Source: Candidatus Minimicrobia sp. QA0096
GTDB lineage: Bacteria; Patescibacteriota; Saccharimonadia; Saccharimonadales; Saccharimonadaceae
Assembly: GCF_963967315.1 (NCBI RefSeq)
Contig: NZ_OZ017288.1
Span: 30,001 to 62,000 of the forward strand
DNA length: 32,000 nt
Reading direction: 5' to 3'
Position 1 is the first letter of the stretch; every line of letters starts with the position of its first letter. The notes under the pieces are model-generated. The model was not told the DNA's origin. It worked only from the letters and a program-made list of their open reading frames with translations, and made no database searches. Both the position numbers and the translations under genes were made by a program. Of the stretch, positions 30,848-32,000 are shown one piece after another.

Positions 30848-31606
30848 TTACAGCCCGAGTAATTCATAAGGATATTTAGGTTGGTTGATTTTTGTGATGT
30901 GTGCGTCGGTTATGACGTATTCAGCTTGACTATTAACGATTTTCTGCGACAATTTACCCTTGACGATTAACCATGTTCCATCTGGGTAGTCTGTCGAAAA
31001 GTTTTTCTCGACCAGGATTTTCATAGGCACGCTGTCAACAGTGCAGCAACTTATAACATATCTGGCAATATTGAAGTAATTATAGCCGTAGTTTTTTAAC
31101 AGATCATTTGAAACGAAGCCGGTAATGGTGATATCTTTGCCGTTAAAATAAGCGGCCTCTTTGCAAGAATTTATGGCGGTTTTCCAGAGATTTATTGAGA
31201 TTGTAGAAGAGCCTTCTTTTGGTTGAGGTGTTTCGCAACGACTTTCGGGCTCAATAATCGCAGGACTTTCTTTTTGCGCGAGGCTGCTTGGGGAGAGTGG
31301 TTTTGGTGGCAATATATATCCGACTGATAATATAATTATTGCAAAATAAGATATCGGGGCAATTTTTTTCAAGCCAATTCTAGATTTATCTTTTGCGGGT
31401 TTATTTTTCAATTGCAACATTATATCAATAAACAAAAGTATAACGCCGATTACACTAATTATGACCGCGAATGCGTGATAGCGCGGATGTACGTAAAATC
31501 CGAGTTGATCGCGCCAAGCTAATAGCAAAATATATGCGCAAACGACAATTCCGCCAATTGATCTTGCAAGATTAGCGTACATATAAATTAACCCCCAGTC
31601 CGACAA
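30848..31606 (-). CDS. DUF1980/YcgQ-like (TIGR03943-type) membrane protein, partner of UPF0718 permeases
   Basis: Two N-terminal TM helices and a C-terminal domain with the double-Cys motif VISCCTVD. It overlaps the upstream permease gene. The family is recalled from memory, not searched. Confidence 0.6.
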   Translation of the reverse strand: MSDWGLIYMYANLARSIGGIVVCAYILLLAWRDQLGFYVHPRYHAFAVIISVIGVILLFIDIMLQLKNKPAKDKSRIGLKKIAPISYFAIIILSVGYILPPKPLSPSSLAQKESPAIIEPESRCETPQPKEGSSTISINLWKTAINSCKEAAYFNGKDITITGFVSNDLLKNYGYNYFNIARYVISCCTVDSVPMKILVEKNFSTDYPDGTWLIVKGKLSQKIVNSQAEYVITDAHITKINQPKYPYELLGL

Positions 31607-32000
31607 TTAGCGATAAGACGAATACAATTAAGGTAATTGTTGCAATAAATTTCCAGCGAAAAGTTGTTTTTAATAGTGTGATCATTTTAATATCTATCAT
31701 AGGTCCGAACAGCAAGAAAGATAAAATTGAGCCTGTTGTGAAATTTCGCACGTAAGCTAGTGCAAAGAATGCGTCGATGCTGGAGCATATCGAAATGACG
31801 AAACTTAGCGTGATCATAGATATGACTGATAAGAAAATATCGCTACCGACAGCGTTTATGATGAATCGTGGAACGAAGATTTGTGTAGCGGCTGCGATGC
31901 TAGCACCTAAGGTTAGCATAGTAAATAATTGCCAGAATTCATTACGTGATGAGCTGAATAGGTTTGGTAATTTTGAGTCGTGATTATGAGAGTGGCAAAG
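31572..32000 (-). CDS. UPF0718/YcgR-like permease, C-terminal part (5' end outside window)
   Basis: The minus-strand frame stays open from 31919 to the window edge (..LCHSHNHDSKLPNLFSSSRNEFWQLFTMLTLG..). The C-terminal part has three hydrophobic helices, and the gene pairs with the DUF1980 gene. Confidence 0.65.
   Translation of the reverse strand, partial: LCHSHNHDSKLPNLFSSSRNEFWQLFTMLTLGASIAAATQIFVPRFIINAVGSDIFLSVISMITLSFVISICSSIDAFFALAYVRNFTTGSILSFLLFGPMIDIKMITLLKTTFRWKFIATITLIVFVLSLIVGLGVNLYVR

Overview
This 32-kb chromosomal segment looks like a small-genome Gram-positive-type or CPR (Saccharibacteria-like) bacterium. That taxonomy is inferred from gene content only: minimal dcw cluster, tightly packed genes, dprA-topA synteny, membrane-fused SpeE. 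1-2083 (+): a partial unknown ORF overlaps a PIF1/RecD-type helicase. 2395-10739 (+): mraZ-rsmH-(ftsL-like)-ftsI-mraY-ftsW-murG-ftsQ, with no mur ligases and no ftsA/ftsZ. 10740-12287: AT-rich, almost ORF-free DNA holding one 63-aa ribbon-helix-helix gene. 12288-18674: a complete type II-C CRISPR-Cas locus. It has 23 identical 36-nt repeats and 22 spacers, cas2-cas1-cas9 on the minus strand, and a well-formed tracrRNA (minus strand) just upstream of cas9. Three independent signals say the array is transcribed on the + strand, convergent with the cas genes and probably spacer by spacer: the tracrRNA G:U wobble pattern, a perfect extended -10 box (TGATATAAT) at the 3' end of every repeat, and a terminator after the last repeat. 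18760-19440 is the most unusual part: four tandem paralogous promoter-hairpin-terminator modules (candidate small RNAs, no credible ORF), followed by a solitary diverged CRISPR repeat. 19499-22069 (+): speH, a DUF4178-like gene and a membrane-fused spermidine-synthase-like gene. 22073-32000 (mostly -): VirD4/TraG-like ATPase, sigma70-region-4/HARE-HTH-like protein, topA, CDP-alcohol phosphatidyltransferase-like gene and dprA. Then comes an orphan consensus promoter driving a ~310-nt ORF-less transcript (+), a Fur-family regulator, and a DUF1980/permease pair that runs off the right edge. Several genes look leaderless, with a -10 box 6-9 nt before the start codon.
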